A stretch of DNA of 64,000 bases. Origin: an uncultured Spirochaetota bacterium (lineage in GTDB: Bacteria; Spirochaetota; Spirochaetia; Treponematales; UBA12059). The DNA lies in the NCBI GenBank assembly GCA_937873275.1, contig CALMRC010000053.1:22-64021 (forward strand), in the 5' to 3' direction. Below, in pieces: positions 9,672 through 18,037 of the stretch. The notes under the pieces are model-generated. The model was given only the letters and a program-made list of their open reading frames with translations, did not search any database and was not told where the DNA came from. The first letter of the stretch is position 1. Each line of letters begins with the position of its first letter. The translations under genes were made by a program, and so were the position numbers.

Positions 9672-10304
9672 ATGCCGAAAGCAACCGAGAAAGTCCGCAT
9701 CTTTTCCGCCCTGGAAGTCGCGAATCTCTGCGGCGTCGTCAACCAGACGGCGATCAACTGGATACGCAACGGCCACCTCAAGGCCTTCACCACCCCGGGC
9801 GGACAGTACCGGGTCTACGCGGAGGATCTCCGGGCCTTCCTGGAGGGCCGCGGCATGCGGATCCCCGCGGAGTTGAGCGGGAAGACCCGGTTCGACGTGG
9901 ATTGGAACACCTTGGTGATCATCGACGACGATCGGGAACTGAACGACCTCCTCCGGCGCTACTTCGAGAAGAAGTTCCCCTCCTTCGCGATCGCCCAGGC
10001 CTTCGACGGATTCGAGGCCGGCCGCATCCTGACGGAACGGAAACCCGGCTTCGTCATCCTCGACGTCGACCTTCCGGGCGTCACGGGCCATTCCCTGTGC
10101 AAGCGCATCAAGACCGAGCCGAGCTTCGGAAAGCCCTACGTCGTAGCCATCACGGGCCTCGACCGGCCCGAGGAGAAGAGCGCCATGCTGGAGGACGGGG
10201 CCGACGCGTTTTTCCCGAAGCCCCTGGATTTCGACGAGGTCGCCGCCTCCCTCCTGGATTTCGCCGGGAAAGTGAAGGCCCAGGTTGCCGCAGGAACCGC
10301 TTAA
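9672..10304 (+). CDS. Response regulator with N-terminal excisionase/MerR-type HTH and C-terminal receiver domain
   Basis: The HTH segment is IFSALEVANLCGVVNQTAINWIRNGHLKAFTTPGGQYRV. The receiver carries IIDDD, ILDVDLPG, AITG and FPKP signature positions. AGGAG RBS. Confidence 0.8.
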   Translation: MPKATEKVRIFSALEVANLCGVVNQTAINWIRNGHLKAFTTPGGQYRVYAEDLRAFLEGRGMRIPAELSGKTRFDVDWNTLVIIDDDRELNDLLRRYFEKKFPSFAIAQAFDGFEAGRILTERKPGFVILDVDLPGVTGHSLCKRIKTEPSFGKPYVVAITGLDRPEEKSAMLEDGADAFFPKPLDFDEVAASLLDFAGKVKAQVAAGTA

Positions 10305-10668
10305 TCCGGGCCGTATCCTCGTCGTGGAGGACGAGGACGCCATCCGCCTCTCCCTGCGGGACTTCCTGCGGGGCCGGGGATACGAGGTGACCGTGGCGTC
10401 CGACGGAGTCGGAGCCATCAAGCAGCTCCTGGACAACGACGTGGACGTCATCATCAGCGACTACCGCATGGACATCCTGGGCGGCGACTACTGGGTGAAG
10501 TTCCTGGTCCGGTACTGCCCGGACAAGAAGGTCATCCTGACATCCGGCTTCCTTCGGCCGGATTTCAAGGTCCCCTTCGACGTGGTCTACAAGCCCTTCG
10601 ACTACGCGGAACTGGAAATCCTGGTGGGCCGCCTGGTTTCGGAGGTCCGGGACGGCCGGGTCCCCTAG
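10285..10668 (+). CDS. Stand-alone CheY-like receiver protein
   Basis: ILVVEDEDAIRLSL...DVDVIISDYRMD...VILTSG...VYKPF. Putative TTG start overlaps the upstream gene by 20 nt. The start is uncertain. Confidence 0.7.
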   Translation: MPQEPLNPGRILVVEDEDAIRLSLRDFLRGRGYEVTVASDGVGAIKQLLDNDVDVIISDYRMDILGGDYWVKFLVRYCPDKKVILTSGFLRPDFKVPFDVVYKPFDYAELEILVGRLVSEVRDGRVP

Positions 10669-10708
10669 CCGAGCCGTCCGGGCCGTCGTTTCGGGACGGG
10701 TCCAAGGC

Positions 10709-10936
10709 GTGGGCTTCCGTTGGTCCGCCCGGATCCAGGCCCTCCGTCTCCACGTGTCCGGCTGGGTACGCAATCTTCCGGACGGGGACGTGGAGACCCA
10801 CGCGGAGGGCAGCCCCGGGGCCGTGGAGGAGTACCTCGCCTGGTTGGAACGGGGCCCGCCCTACGCCCGGGTGGAATCCGTCCGCGCCCTCCCCGCGGAG
10901 CCCCGAGGATACGTATCCTTCGACATCGAGGACTGA
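10709..10936 (+). CDS. acyP: Acylphosphatase (start unresolved; the conserved N-terminal loop is encoded upstream of the first canonical start)
   Basis: GFRWSARIQALRLHVSGWVRNLPDGDVETHAEG...YLAWLERGP. The in-frame upstream sequence 10685-10708 encodes VVSGRVQG. With the GTG codon at 10709 (Val when read internally) and the following GFR, this completes the V.G.VQGVGFR phosphate-binding loop. There is no ATG/GTG/TTG between the in-frame stop at 10538 and 10709. Confidence 0.7.
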   Translation: MGFRWSARIQALRLHVSGWVRNLPDGDVETHAEGSPGAVEEYLAWLERGPPYARVESVRALPAEPRGYVSFDIED

Positions 10937-11007
10937 CAGGGATACTACAGACGCGCCTTGGAACCAAAAACAGACAGAATGAAACCGTAGGACGCTCCGG
11001 CCGCCGC

Positions 11008-12246
11008 CTATATCCGTTTGAAGATCACGACCGCGTTCTGGCCGCCGAAACCCAGGGAGTCCTTCATGGCCGCCCGGATGGGCGCGGAGCGACCCTGGTT
11101 CGGCACGTAATCCAGATCGCACTCGGGATCCGGATTCTCCAGGTTGATGGTCGGGGGGGCGAACTGGTCCCGGATGGCCAGGACCGTCGCCACCGCCTCG
11201 ACACCCCCCGCCGCGCCCACGCAGTGCCCCGTCATGGACTTGGTGGAAGAGATCAGGAGCTTCCGGGCATGGTCCCCGAAGGCGAGCTTGATGGCCTTGG
11301 TCTCGATGGGGTCGTTCAGGGGCGTGGAGGTGCCGTGGGCGTTGAGGTAGTCGATGTCCTGGGGTTTCATGCCCGCGTCCTTCAGGGCCAGGGTCATGGC
11401 CCGGGCGGCCCCGCGTCCCTCGGGATCGGGGGCGGTCAGGTGGTGGGCGTCGCAGGTGGTCCCGAATCCGGCCAGCTCGCAGTAGATGCGGGCGCCCCGG
11501 GCCTTGGCCCGATCGTACTCCTCCAGGACCAGGACCCCGCAGCCCTCGGCCATGACGAAGCCGTCCCGGTCCTTGTCGAAGGGGCGGGAGGCGCGCTCGG
11601 GGTCATCGTTCCGGGTGGAGAGGGCCTGTATCATGGCGAAGGAGGCCACCCCGAGACGGGTAACGCAGGCCTCGGACCCTCCCGCGAAGACCACGTCCGC
11701 GTGGCCTTCCTGGATCCAGCGGAGCCCCGTTCCGATGGCGTCCGTGCCGGCGGCGCAGGCGGTCACGATGCACTGGCAGGGCCCCGTGGCCCCCACGGAG
11801 ATGGCCACGTTGGCGGCCCCGATGTTCGGCAGGACCTTGACCACCGTCAGGGGCGGGACGCGGCTCGGCCCCCGCTCGTAGAGGCGCGCGGCGCTCTCCT
11901 CGATGGAGGAGGTCCCGCCCTGCCCCGTCCCGAGGCAGACCCCCAGGCGCTCGGGGTTCTCGGCCCCCTCCCGGAGACCCGCGTCCTCCCAGGCTTCCCG
12001 GGCGGCGTAGACCGCGTACTGGCTGAAGCGGTCCATCTTCTTGGCTTCCTTGGCGTCCATGCGCAGACCCGGGTCGAAGTTCTTGACCTCCCCGGCTATC
12101 TTCACGGACAGGTCCTCGACGTTGATCTGGGTGATCGGGCCGATCCCGCTCTTCCCGGTCCGGATGGCGTCCCAGAACTCGGGGACGCTGTTCCCGACGG
12201 GACTCACGACTCCCAGCCCCGTGACGACAACCCTGCGCTTATCCAT
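11008..12246 (-). CDS. fabF: 3-oxoacyl-ACP synthase II
   Basis: MDKRRVVVTGLGVVSPVGN, the active-site Cys context IVTACAAG, and the HGTSTP and GHCVGAAG motifs. Confidence 0.95.
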   Translation of the reverse strand: MDKRRVVVTGLGVVSPVGNSVPEFWDAIRTGKSGIGPITQINVEDLSVKIAGEVKNFDPGLRMDAKEAKKMDRFSQYAVYAAREAWEDAGLREGAENPERLGVCLGTGQGGTSSIEESAARLYERGPSRVPPLTVVKVLPNIGAANVAISVGATGPCQCIVTACAAGTDAIGTGLRWIQEGHADVVFAGGSEACVTRLGVASFAMIQALSTRNDDPERASRPFDKDRDGFVMAEGCGVLVLEEYDRAKARGARIYCELAGFGTTCDAHHLTAPDPEGRGAARAMTLALKDAGMKPQDIDYLNAHGTSTPLNDPIETKAIKLAFGDHARKLLISSTKSMTGHCVGAAGGVEAVATVLAIRDQFAPPTINLENPDPECDLDYVPNQGRSAPIRAAMKDSLGFGGQNAVVIFKRI

Positions 12247-12360
12247 CGGCCACCTCCGCGTTCGTCGAAGATGGACAGATTCTACGCTACTCGGCCCGCC
12301 GGTTCCAGGGGCCGGAGGGAACCCATACGGCCGGATGAATTGAAGAAGCTATTCCCGGAC

Positions 12361-12572
12361 TTAACCACGGAGGGCACAGAGAGCACGGAGGGAAAAGGTC
12401 TTTCGGGCAAGAAGGACAGGATGGACAGGACAAATACAAGGTGAACAAGATGAAATCAAGAAGCTCTTGCCTTGATTGAATACTCCGCTCATCGAAAATC
12501 GAGTTCGTGAGCCCCGTCGAACGTTAGACTTCCACCTATATTCTCCGTGTCCTCAGCGTACTCCGTGGTTGA
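12361..12572. repeat. MITE-like element (~212 bp) with ~30-bp imperfect terminal inverted repeats, occupying the fabG-fabF spacer
   Basis: The left end is TTAACCACGGAGGGCACAGAGAGCACGGAG (12361-12390). The right end reverse-complemented is TCAACCACGGAGTACGCTGAGGACACGGAG (12543-12572). These match at 23/30 by hand alignment. GC is lower than the flanks. There is no ORF of 60 aa or more on the fab strand. Confidence 0.5.
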
Positions 12573-12635
12573 TTCCTGTGAGTTCGCCGCTCCTGGGCGT
12601 CGCGGAAGCCCGAAGGGCTTCCGTGCCTTCGTTGC

Positions 12636-12676
12636 CGGCTTGGCGATGTGAGACGATGTCTCACATCGCCAAGCCG
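12636..12676 (-). terminator. 18-bp perfect stem-loop whose 5' arm (in the fabG mRNA, minus strand) is the last fabG codons plus the stop
   Basis: CGGCTTGGCGATGTGAGA (12636-12653), loop cgatg, then TCTCACATCGCCAAGCCG (12659-12676). It is followed at 12603-12623 by a second hairpin CGGAAGCCC-gaa-GGGCTTCCG. No U-tract. Confidence 0.45.
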
Positions 12677-13413
12677 CCGTCCACCTTCAGAACCTCCCCG
12701 GTCACGTAGGAGGCGAGGTCGGAGGCCAGGAAGAGCACCGCCTTGGCGACTTCTTCTGGGGAGCCCGTCCGTCCCAGGGGAATGGCCGCGGCCAGCTTGG
12801 CCTTGGCCTCCTCCGGGATGGCTTCGGTCATGGCGGTGTCGATGTAGCCCGGAGCCACGGCGTTGACCCGGACCTTGCGGGCGGAAACCTCCCGGGCCAG
12901 GCTCTTGGTGAAGCCGATGAGGCCGGCCTTGGAGGCGGAGTAGTTGGTCTGCCCGCCGTTCCCCATGATGCCGACCACGCTGGAGATGTTGATGATGCTC
13001 CCCGAGCGCCGCTTGATCATGTGCCGGGCGGCGGTCCGGCATACCAGGAAGGCGCTGGTCAGGTTCGTGCGGACCACGGCGTCCCACTCTTCCAGGCTCA
13101 TCCGGAACACGAGGTTGTCCCGGGTGATGCCCGCGTTGTTCACCACCACGTCGATGCGGCCCTCCGCGGCCGCCACGGCGTCCACCGCCGCCTCGACGCC
13201 CTTCTCGTCCGCCACGTCGCAGGCCGTCCAGGTCACCTCGCCGCCACCCGAGGAGGCCAGGGCTTCCAGGTCCGCGTGGTCCTCCGCCCGGGACCGGGAA
13301 AAATAGTGGACCCGGGCGCCCTCCCGGAGGAAGGCGGCCACCACGGCATGCCCGATGCCCTTGGACCCCCCGGTGACGATCGCCACGGAATCCTTCAGCA
13401 GTCCGTCCGTCAT
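12661..13413 (-). CDS. fabG: 3-oxoacyl-ACP reductase
   Basis: VTGGSKGIGHA, NNAG and SSVVG...YSASKAG SDR motifs, in fabD-fabG order. Confidence 0.95.
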   Translation of the reverse strand: MTDGLLKDSVAIVTGGSKGIGHAVVAAFLREGARVHYFSRSRAEDHADLEALASSGGGEVTWTACDVADEKGVEAAVDAVAAAEGRIDVVVNNAGITRDNLVFRMSLEEWDAVVRTNLTSAFLVCRTAARHMIKRRSGSIINISSVVGIMGNGGQTNYSASKAGLIGFTKSLAREVSARKVRVNAVAPGYIDTAMTEAIPEEAKAKLAAAIPLGRTGSPEEVAKAVLFLASDLASYVTGEVLKVDGGLAM

Positions 13414-13422
13414 TTCGTCCTC

Positions 13423-14343
13423 CTACAGGGAGATCGAGGCCACCTGGTCCACCGTCCCGCAGGGGTGGCAGGGAATCGTCTCGGCGACGCCCTTCCAGAG
13501 CCCTCCCAGGACGGTTCCCGGGCCCGCTTCCAGGCAGGCGTCGTAGCCCGCCGACAGGATGGCCTTCTCCTCCTCGACCCACCGCACCGCGCGGATGATC
13601 TGTTCCGCGGCGCAGGACTTGGCCTCCGCCCCGGAGGTGATGACCCCGCCGGTGACGTTCGAGTAGAAGGGGATCTTCGCGTCCTTGAACTCCACGTCCG
13701 AAAGGAGCTCCTTGAAGCCGTCGTAGGCGTACTTCATGATCGGGGAGTGGAAGGCCCCGGATACCTTGAGCCGGATGACCCGCTTGGCGCCCGCGGCCTT
13801 CAGGGGGGCTTCGATCTTCCCGAGTCCCGATTCCGTGCCGGACACGACGGTCTGGCTCGGGGAGTTGAGGTTGGCGGGCCAGACGTCGTCGATCCCCGCG
13901 CCCTTCAGGGCCGCCTCGATGGCCTCCGGGGTCAGGCCCAGGACGGCGGCCATGCCGCTCCCGCCGGACCGCTCCCCCGCCTCCGCCATGAGCCGTCCCC
14001 GCTCCGCCACCAGGCGGAACATGGTGGGCAGGTCCAGGAAGCCCGCCTCCACCAGGGCGGGCCACTCTCCCAGGGAGAAGCCGGCGGCCCCCGAGGCCTT
14101 CGTACCGTAGTCCCGGATGCAGGAGGACGCCGCGGCTTCCACGACCGCCAGGGCGATCTGGGTGACCCGTGTCTGCTTGAGGTCGTCCTCGGTGCCCTCG
14201 AATATGAGCTTCTTCAAGTCCAGCTTGGAGATCTCCGAGGCCATCTCGAAGATGTCCTTGGCCGCCGTGCTGGTCTCGTAGAAATCCTTGCCCATGCCGA
14301 TATACTGGGCCCCCTGACCGGGAAACAGGAAACATGCCTTCAC
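13423..14343 (-). CDS. fabD: Malonyl-CoA:ACP transacylase
   Basis: FLFPGQGAQYIGMG and the GFSLGEW active-site Ser motif. Confidence 0.95.
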   Translation of the reverse strand: MKACFLFPGQGAQYIGMGKDFYETSTAAKDIFEMASEISKLDLKKLIFEGTEDDLKQTRVTQIALAVVEAAASSCIRDYGTKASGAAGFSLGEWPALVEAGFLDLPTMFRLVAERGRLMAEAGERSGGSGMAAVLGLTPEAIEAALKGAGIDDVWPANLNSPSQTVVSGTESGLGKIEAPLKAAGAKRVIRLKVSGAFHSPIMKYAYDGFKELLSDVEFKDAKIPFYSNVTGGVITSGAEAKSCAAEQIIRAVRWVEEEKAILSAGYDACLEAGPGTVLGGLWKGVAETIPCHPCGTVDQVASISL

Positions 14344-14625
14344 GGGATCCTCCTTGGGAGCGGACTAGGGGAACGCTAGCACGCCCCGAAAAGGGGTGTC
14401 AAGGATATGACACTATGACTACAGTTGTCATTTTGCCTGAGCCTTTCATGAAGTTCCCGACAGGATGTACAAGATTTGGAAAGGATGAACAGGATGGACC
14501 CGAAGTGACGGGCGGGTGCACGATCTTCCTCTATTCATCTCATCCTGTTCATCCGTCATAATCCTGTTCATACTGTCCCAAATGCCTGGAATGCAGTGTA
14601 AAACCGCCGGGGTATAGGGGGTATC

Positions 14626-14925
14626 ATGAGCGATATCGGCGATCGCATACGGGCCGTGCTTCGGGAGATCCCCGTCGGCCGGGTCGTGTCGTATTCGGGG
14701 GCGGCGGCCCGGGCGGGGGTGCCCAACGGCGGCCGCACGACGGCCCGGATCCTCCACGCATGCTCCCGGAAGGACGATCTGCCCTGGCACCGGGTGATCC
14801 GGAGCGACGGACGCATCGCCCTCCCCCCGGGAGGCGGGTTCGAGCTCCAGAAATCCCTCCTGGAGGCCGAGGGGGTCGAGGTCAGCCCCGAGGGCCGGGT
14901 GGACCTGGTCCGCTTCGGCTGGTGA
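14626..14925 (+). CDS. Alkyltransferase-like (ATL) protein, MGMT DNA-binding fold without the catalytic Cys
   Basis: IPVGRVVSYSGAAARAG. LPWHRVI replaces the PCHRV motif of active MGMT (Trp in place of Cys), as in ATL/YbaZ-type proteins. Confidence 0.75.
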   Translation: MSDIGDRIRAVLREIPVGRVVSYSGAAARAGVPNGGRTTARILHACSRKDDLPWHRVIRSDGRIALPPGGGFELQKSLLEAEGVEVSPEGRVDLVRFGW

Positions 14926-14932
14926 CGGCGCC

Positions 14933-15841
14933 TCAGGCGTCCGAGGAACGCAGCCAGCGGGTTCCGAAGGGAGAATACCCCAGGGTTTCCAGGGAGGCGC
15001 CGAACTCCGGCCACAGGAAGGGCATGTCCACGATGAAGTGCCGTATCCCTTCCCGGACGGCGTCCTCCCGGGCCCGCTCGATCAGGGCCCGGCCCAGGCC
15101 GATCCGCCGGCGCTCGGGGTCCACGTACAGGAACCCCAGGGCCGCGAAGGCCCCGTCCGGGGACCGGAGGGTCCTCGTCAGGGCCAACCCGGCGTGCGAC
15201 CCGGGCTCGCACTCCGCCGCGTAGAGGGCATACTCCCCCGGGGTCGATCCCCGGAGTTCACGGTCCAGGGATGCGAACACGTACTCCACCAGGGCCGCGG
15301 GATGGCGTCCCAGGGCGTCCTCCCGGCCCGCCCGGACAAGGGGCTCGAAGTCCTCCCAGGATTCCGGCCCGTACCGGAGGATCCGGAAGTCCGAGAGCAA
15401 AAGGTCGTCCGTGTCCTCCGGCTCCAGCCCCAGGCGCTCCAGGCCCCGGACGTCCCGGAGGTCCTCGTACCACCGGAGGATCCGGGCCCGCAGGGCCCGG
15501 GACTTGTATTCGTACCATTTCCGTTCCGCGTCGGGATGGGCGTCCAGGGCGTCCTTGAAGGCCCGGAAGACCCCCCGGCCTCGGGAAAGGGCCGCCAGGA
15601 GGTCCGCACGAACCACCGGGTGTCCGATGGTCTGTGCGAACTGCTCCATGAGGCGGAACCCGTCCTGGCTGGTCCAGGTCGGGATCGGCTCGAGATCCGG
15701 GACGTCCTCGTCGGCCTCCTCGCCTCCCCCGCCCGGCCGGGACGAGAGGAGCCCGGTTTCCATGTCGATGTAGGACACGGCCCCCTGGTTTTCCATGGCG
15801 AAGATCACGGATTCCACGACCTTGTCGTCCAGCTCGAACAT
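14933..15841 (-). CDS. Two-domain protein: UPF0158-like N-terminus + GNAT acetyltransferase C-terminus
   Basis: The N-terminal part has RGRGVFRAFKDAL...KWYEY. The C-terminal part has FLYVDPERRRIGLGRALIERA (acetyl-CoA-binding R-x-x-G-x-G/A). Confidence 0.6.
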   Translation of the reverse strand: MFELDDKVVESVIFAMENQGAVSYIDMETGLLSSRPGGGGEEADEDVPDLEPIPTWTSQDGFRLMEQFAQTIGHPVVRADLLAALSRGRGVFRAFKDALDAHPDAERKWYEYKSRALRARILRWYEDLRDVRGLERLGLEPEDTDDLLLSDFRILRYGPESWEDFEPLVRAGREDALGRHPAALVEYVFASLDRELRGSTPGEYALYAAECEPGSHAGLALTRTLRSPDGAFAALGFLYVDPERRRIGLGRALIERAREDAVREGIRHFIVDMPFLWPEFGASLETLGYSPFGTRWLRSSDA

Positions 15842-16082
15842 GACCGCCTCCCGAGGGTTCCAGGATAGCCGGGGCCCGGAGGACGGTCAAGGAAAGGCTG
15901 CAGGAGCCGGGGCCCGGCGACCGAGTGACCCCAGCCGGCCGATGAACGAAACGGTTCCACCTCAAACGGGTCGGTCCCTGAGTCCCGAGTCCTCCCTGTA
16001 TTGCTTCCGGATGCGATCGGCAGTAGAGTAAGTGCCGGTCCCGGCGTCGGATTTCCGGCGTCGGGAGGCTCAAGGAGGACGA

Positions 16083-16970
16083 ATGGAACCCCGGGACACC
16101 GATATCGCCTTCATCGGATTGGGAGTCATGGGCCTGAGCATGGCGGGACACCTCCGGAAAGCCGGGGCCCGGCTCCACGTCCATACCCGGACAAAGGACA
16201 AGGTCCGGGCCTTCCTGGACGAGGGCGCCGTGTGGCACGACTCCCCCGGAGCGGCGGCCGCGGCGAGCCGCGCGGTGATCACCATGGTGGGATATCCCCA
16301 GGACGTGGAGGAGGTCTACTTCGGGACGGGGGGCATCCTGGAGAAGGCCCAGCCCGGGACCCTCCTCGTGGACACCACCACCTCCCGGCCGGACCTGGCC
16401 CGGCGGATCTGGGAGGAAGCCCGCAAGCGGGGATCGCGCGCCCTGGACGCCCCGGTGTCCGGAGGCGACCTGGGAGCCCGGAACGCCACCTTGAGCATCA
16501 TGGTCGGAGGCTCCGAGGAGGACTTCGAGGAAGCCCGTCCCCTCCTCCAGACCATGGGCAAGACCGTGGTCCGGCAGGGCCCCGCGGGCTCCGGGCAGTA
16601 CACCAAGATGGTGAACCAGATCGTAATCGCCGGGACCCTGGCGGGTTCCGTGGAAGCCTTGATCTACGCGGAAAAGGCCGGCCTGGATCCCCGGACCGTC
16701 CTGGAATCCATCTCCAGCGGGGCGGCGGCCAGCTGGCAGCTCTCGAACATGGTTCCCCGGATGCTGGACGGGAATTTCGAGCCGGGCTTCTTCTCCAAGC
16801 ACTACCTCAAGGACCTTCGCATCGCCCTGGAGTCCGCCCGGGCGATGGGCGCGGACCTCCCCATGCTGACCCTGGCGGAGGGACTCTTCGAGAAGATGGT
16901 CGACCGGGGCTACGCGGACAAGGGGACCCAGGCCCTGTACCTCCTGTACAAGAACGGGATCCCCCGGTAG
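16083..16970 (+). CDS. NAD(P)-dependent 3-hydroxyisobutyrate/2-hydroxy-3-oxopropionate reductase-family dehydrogenase
   Basis: Trimmed to ATG at 16083 behind an AAGGAGG RBS. FIGLGVMGLSMAGHL Rossmann motif. DAPVSGG and KMVNQ motifs. Confidence 0.85.
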   Translation: MEPRDTDIAFIGLGVMGLSMAGHLRKAGARLHVHTRTKDKVRAFLDEGAVWHDSPGAAAAASRAVITMVGYPQDVEEVYFGTGGILEKAQPGTLLVDTTTSRPDLARRIWEEARKRGSRALDAPVSGGDLGARNATLSIMVGGSEEDFEEARPLLQTMGKTVVRQGPAGSGQYTKMVNQIVIAGTLAGSVEALIYAEKAGLDPRTVLESISSGAAASWQLSNMVPRMLDGNFEPGFFSKHYLKDLRIALESARAMGADLPMLTLAEGLFEKMVDRGYADKGTQALYLLYKNGIPR

Positions 16971-16980
16971 ACCGCCCGAG

Positions 16981-18030
16981 ATGTACGAGCGCCCCGTCCT
17001 GGATCCCCTTCCCGAGATCGTGTCCGAAGGCCGCTTCGCCTACGGGACCTTCGCGAAGCCCTTCGGCCGTACGAACATGCTGGACGTGGAGCGGCCCTAC
17101 CACCACGCCGTGCCCCGGTTCATCAAGCGGTTCCGCCTCAAGGAATGGGTGGCCTTCTACCTCGGAAACAGCCGCTACATCGCGATGACGGCCCTGTACG
17201 ACGCCAAGACCGCGGCCCTGGCCCTGTTCCAGGGATACGACCGGGAAACCCGGAGGTCCTTCGGATTCCGCCGCCTCCTGCCGGGAGGCTCCCTGCGGTT
17301 CGGGCCCTCCCTGGACGGGACCCGCCTCGCATACCGCAGCCGCCGGGAACTCCTTTCCTACGACCTGGACCTTTCCGGAGGCGGCCTGAGGATCCGGGTG
17401 GAACGCCGGGGCACCCGGACCTTCCCGGCCCTGGAGGGGGACCTGGTACTGACCTGGAACGACCGTCAGACCGCCATGCAGACCGTCTGCCTTCCCCTGG
17501 GCCTCAACCGCGCGATGTACTCCACCAAGGCCCTGTGCCCGATGGGAGGGACCCTGCGGATCGGAGGGGAGACCGCGGATTTCTCGGGCCCCGACTCCAT
17601 GGGCGTCCTGGACGACCACAAGGGCTACTACCCCTACCGGCTCCGGTACGACTGGGTCATCGGCTTCGGCCTGGATCCCAAGGGACGCCGGGTGGGATTC
17701 AACCTGACGGATAACCCGGTAAAGGATCCCGAGCGCAACACCGAGAACTGCCTGTGGGTCGGGGGCCGGTCCTTCCCCCTGCCCCCGGTCAAGGTGACCC
17801 GGCCCCGGGGGGTCTACGGGGACTGGGTGATCCAGGACACCGAGGGACAGGTGGACCTGGCCTTCCACCCGGATACGAAATTCGACATCCGTCTCAACCT
17901 CCTGGCCGCCCGGGCGGACTACTCGGGACCCTTCGGATCCTTCAAGGGCTTCGTCCGCTCCGGGGACGGGGAGAAGATCGACGCGTCCTGGGTGTACGGG
18001 ATCGGGGAGAAGAAGTATCTGAGGGCATAG
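16981..18030 (+). CDS. Conserved hypothetical protein (DUF2804-like by recollection)
   Basis: 349-aa ORF with good GC3 coding bias. The KEWVAFYLG and DDHKGYYPYR segments resemble the DUF2804 family. The family call is unverified. Confidence 0.5.
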   Translation: MYERPVLDPLPEIVSEGRFAYGTFAKPFGRTNMLDVERPYHHAVPRFIKRFRLKEWVAFYLGNSRYIAMTALYDAKTAALALFQGYDRETRRSFGFRRLLPGGSLRFGPSLDGTRLAYRSRRELLSYDLDLSGGGLRIRVERRGTRTFPALEGDLVLTWNDRQTAMQTVCLPLGLNRAMYSTKALCPMGGTLRIGGETADFSGPDSMGVLDDHKGYYPYRLRYDWVIGFGLDPKGRRVGFNLTDNPVKDPERNTENCLWVGGRSFPLPPVKVTRPRGVYGDWVIQDTEGQVDLAFHPDTKFDIRLNLLAARADYSGPFGSFKGFVRSGDGEKIDASWVYGIGEKKYLRA

Positions 18031-18037
18031 TCGGTAA

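Noticed and set aside
9672-9860. Excisionase-family HTH as a marker of a prophage or integrative element
   Set aside because: The HTH is fused in-frame to a canonical receiver domain. No integrase, att-like repeats or phage genes flank it. It is a regulator architecture, not a mobile-element excisionase.
12247-12660. Possible unannotated acpP between fabG and fabF
   Set aside because: I translated the minus strand by eye. No ~78-aa ORF, no DSLD/phosphopantetheine-Ser motif and no coding-type GC3 pattern are present. The region is repeat-like instead.
15867-15917. 13-bp direct repeat AGCCGGGGCCCGG (15867-15879 and 15905-15917)
   Set aside because: A short, GC-rich, partly palindromic word in a GC-rich genome. 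There is no third copy or associated structure, so it is consistent with chance.
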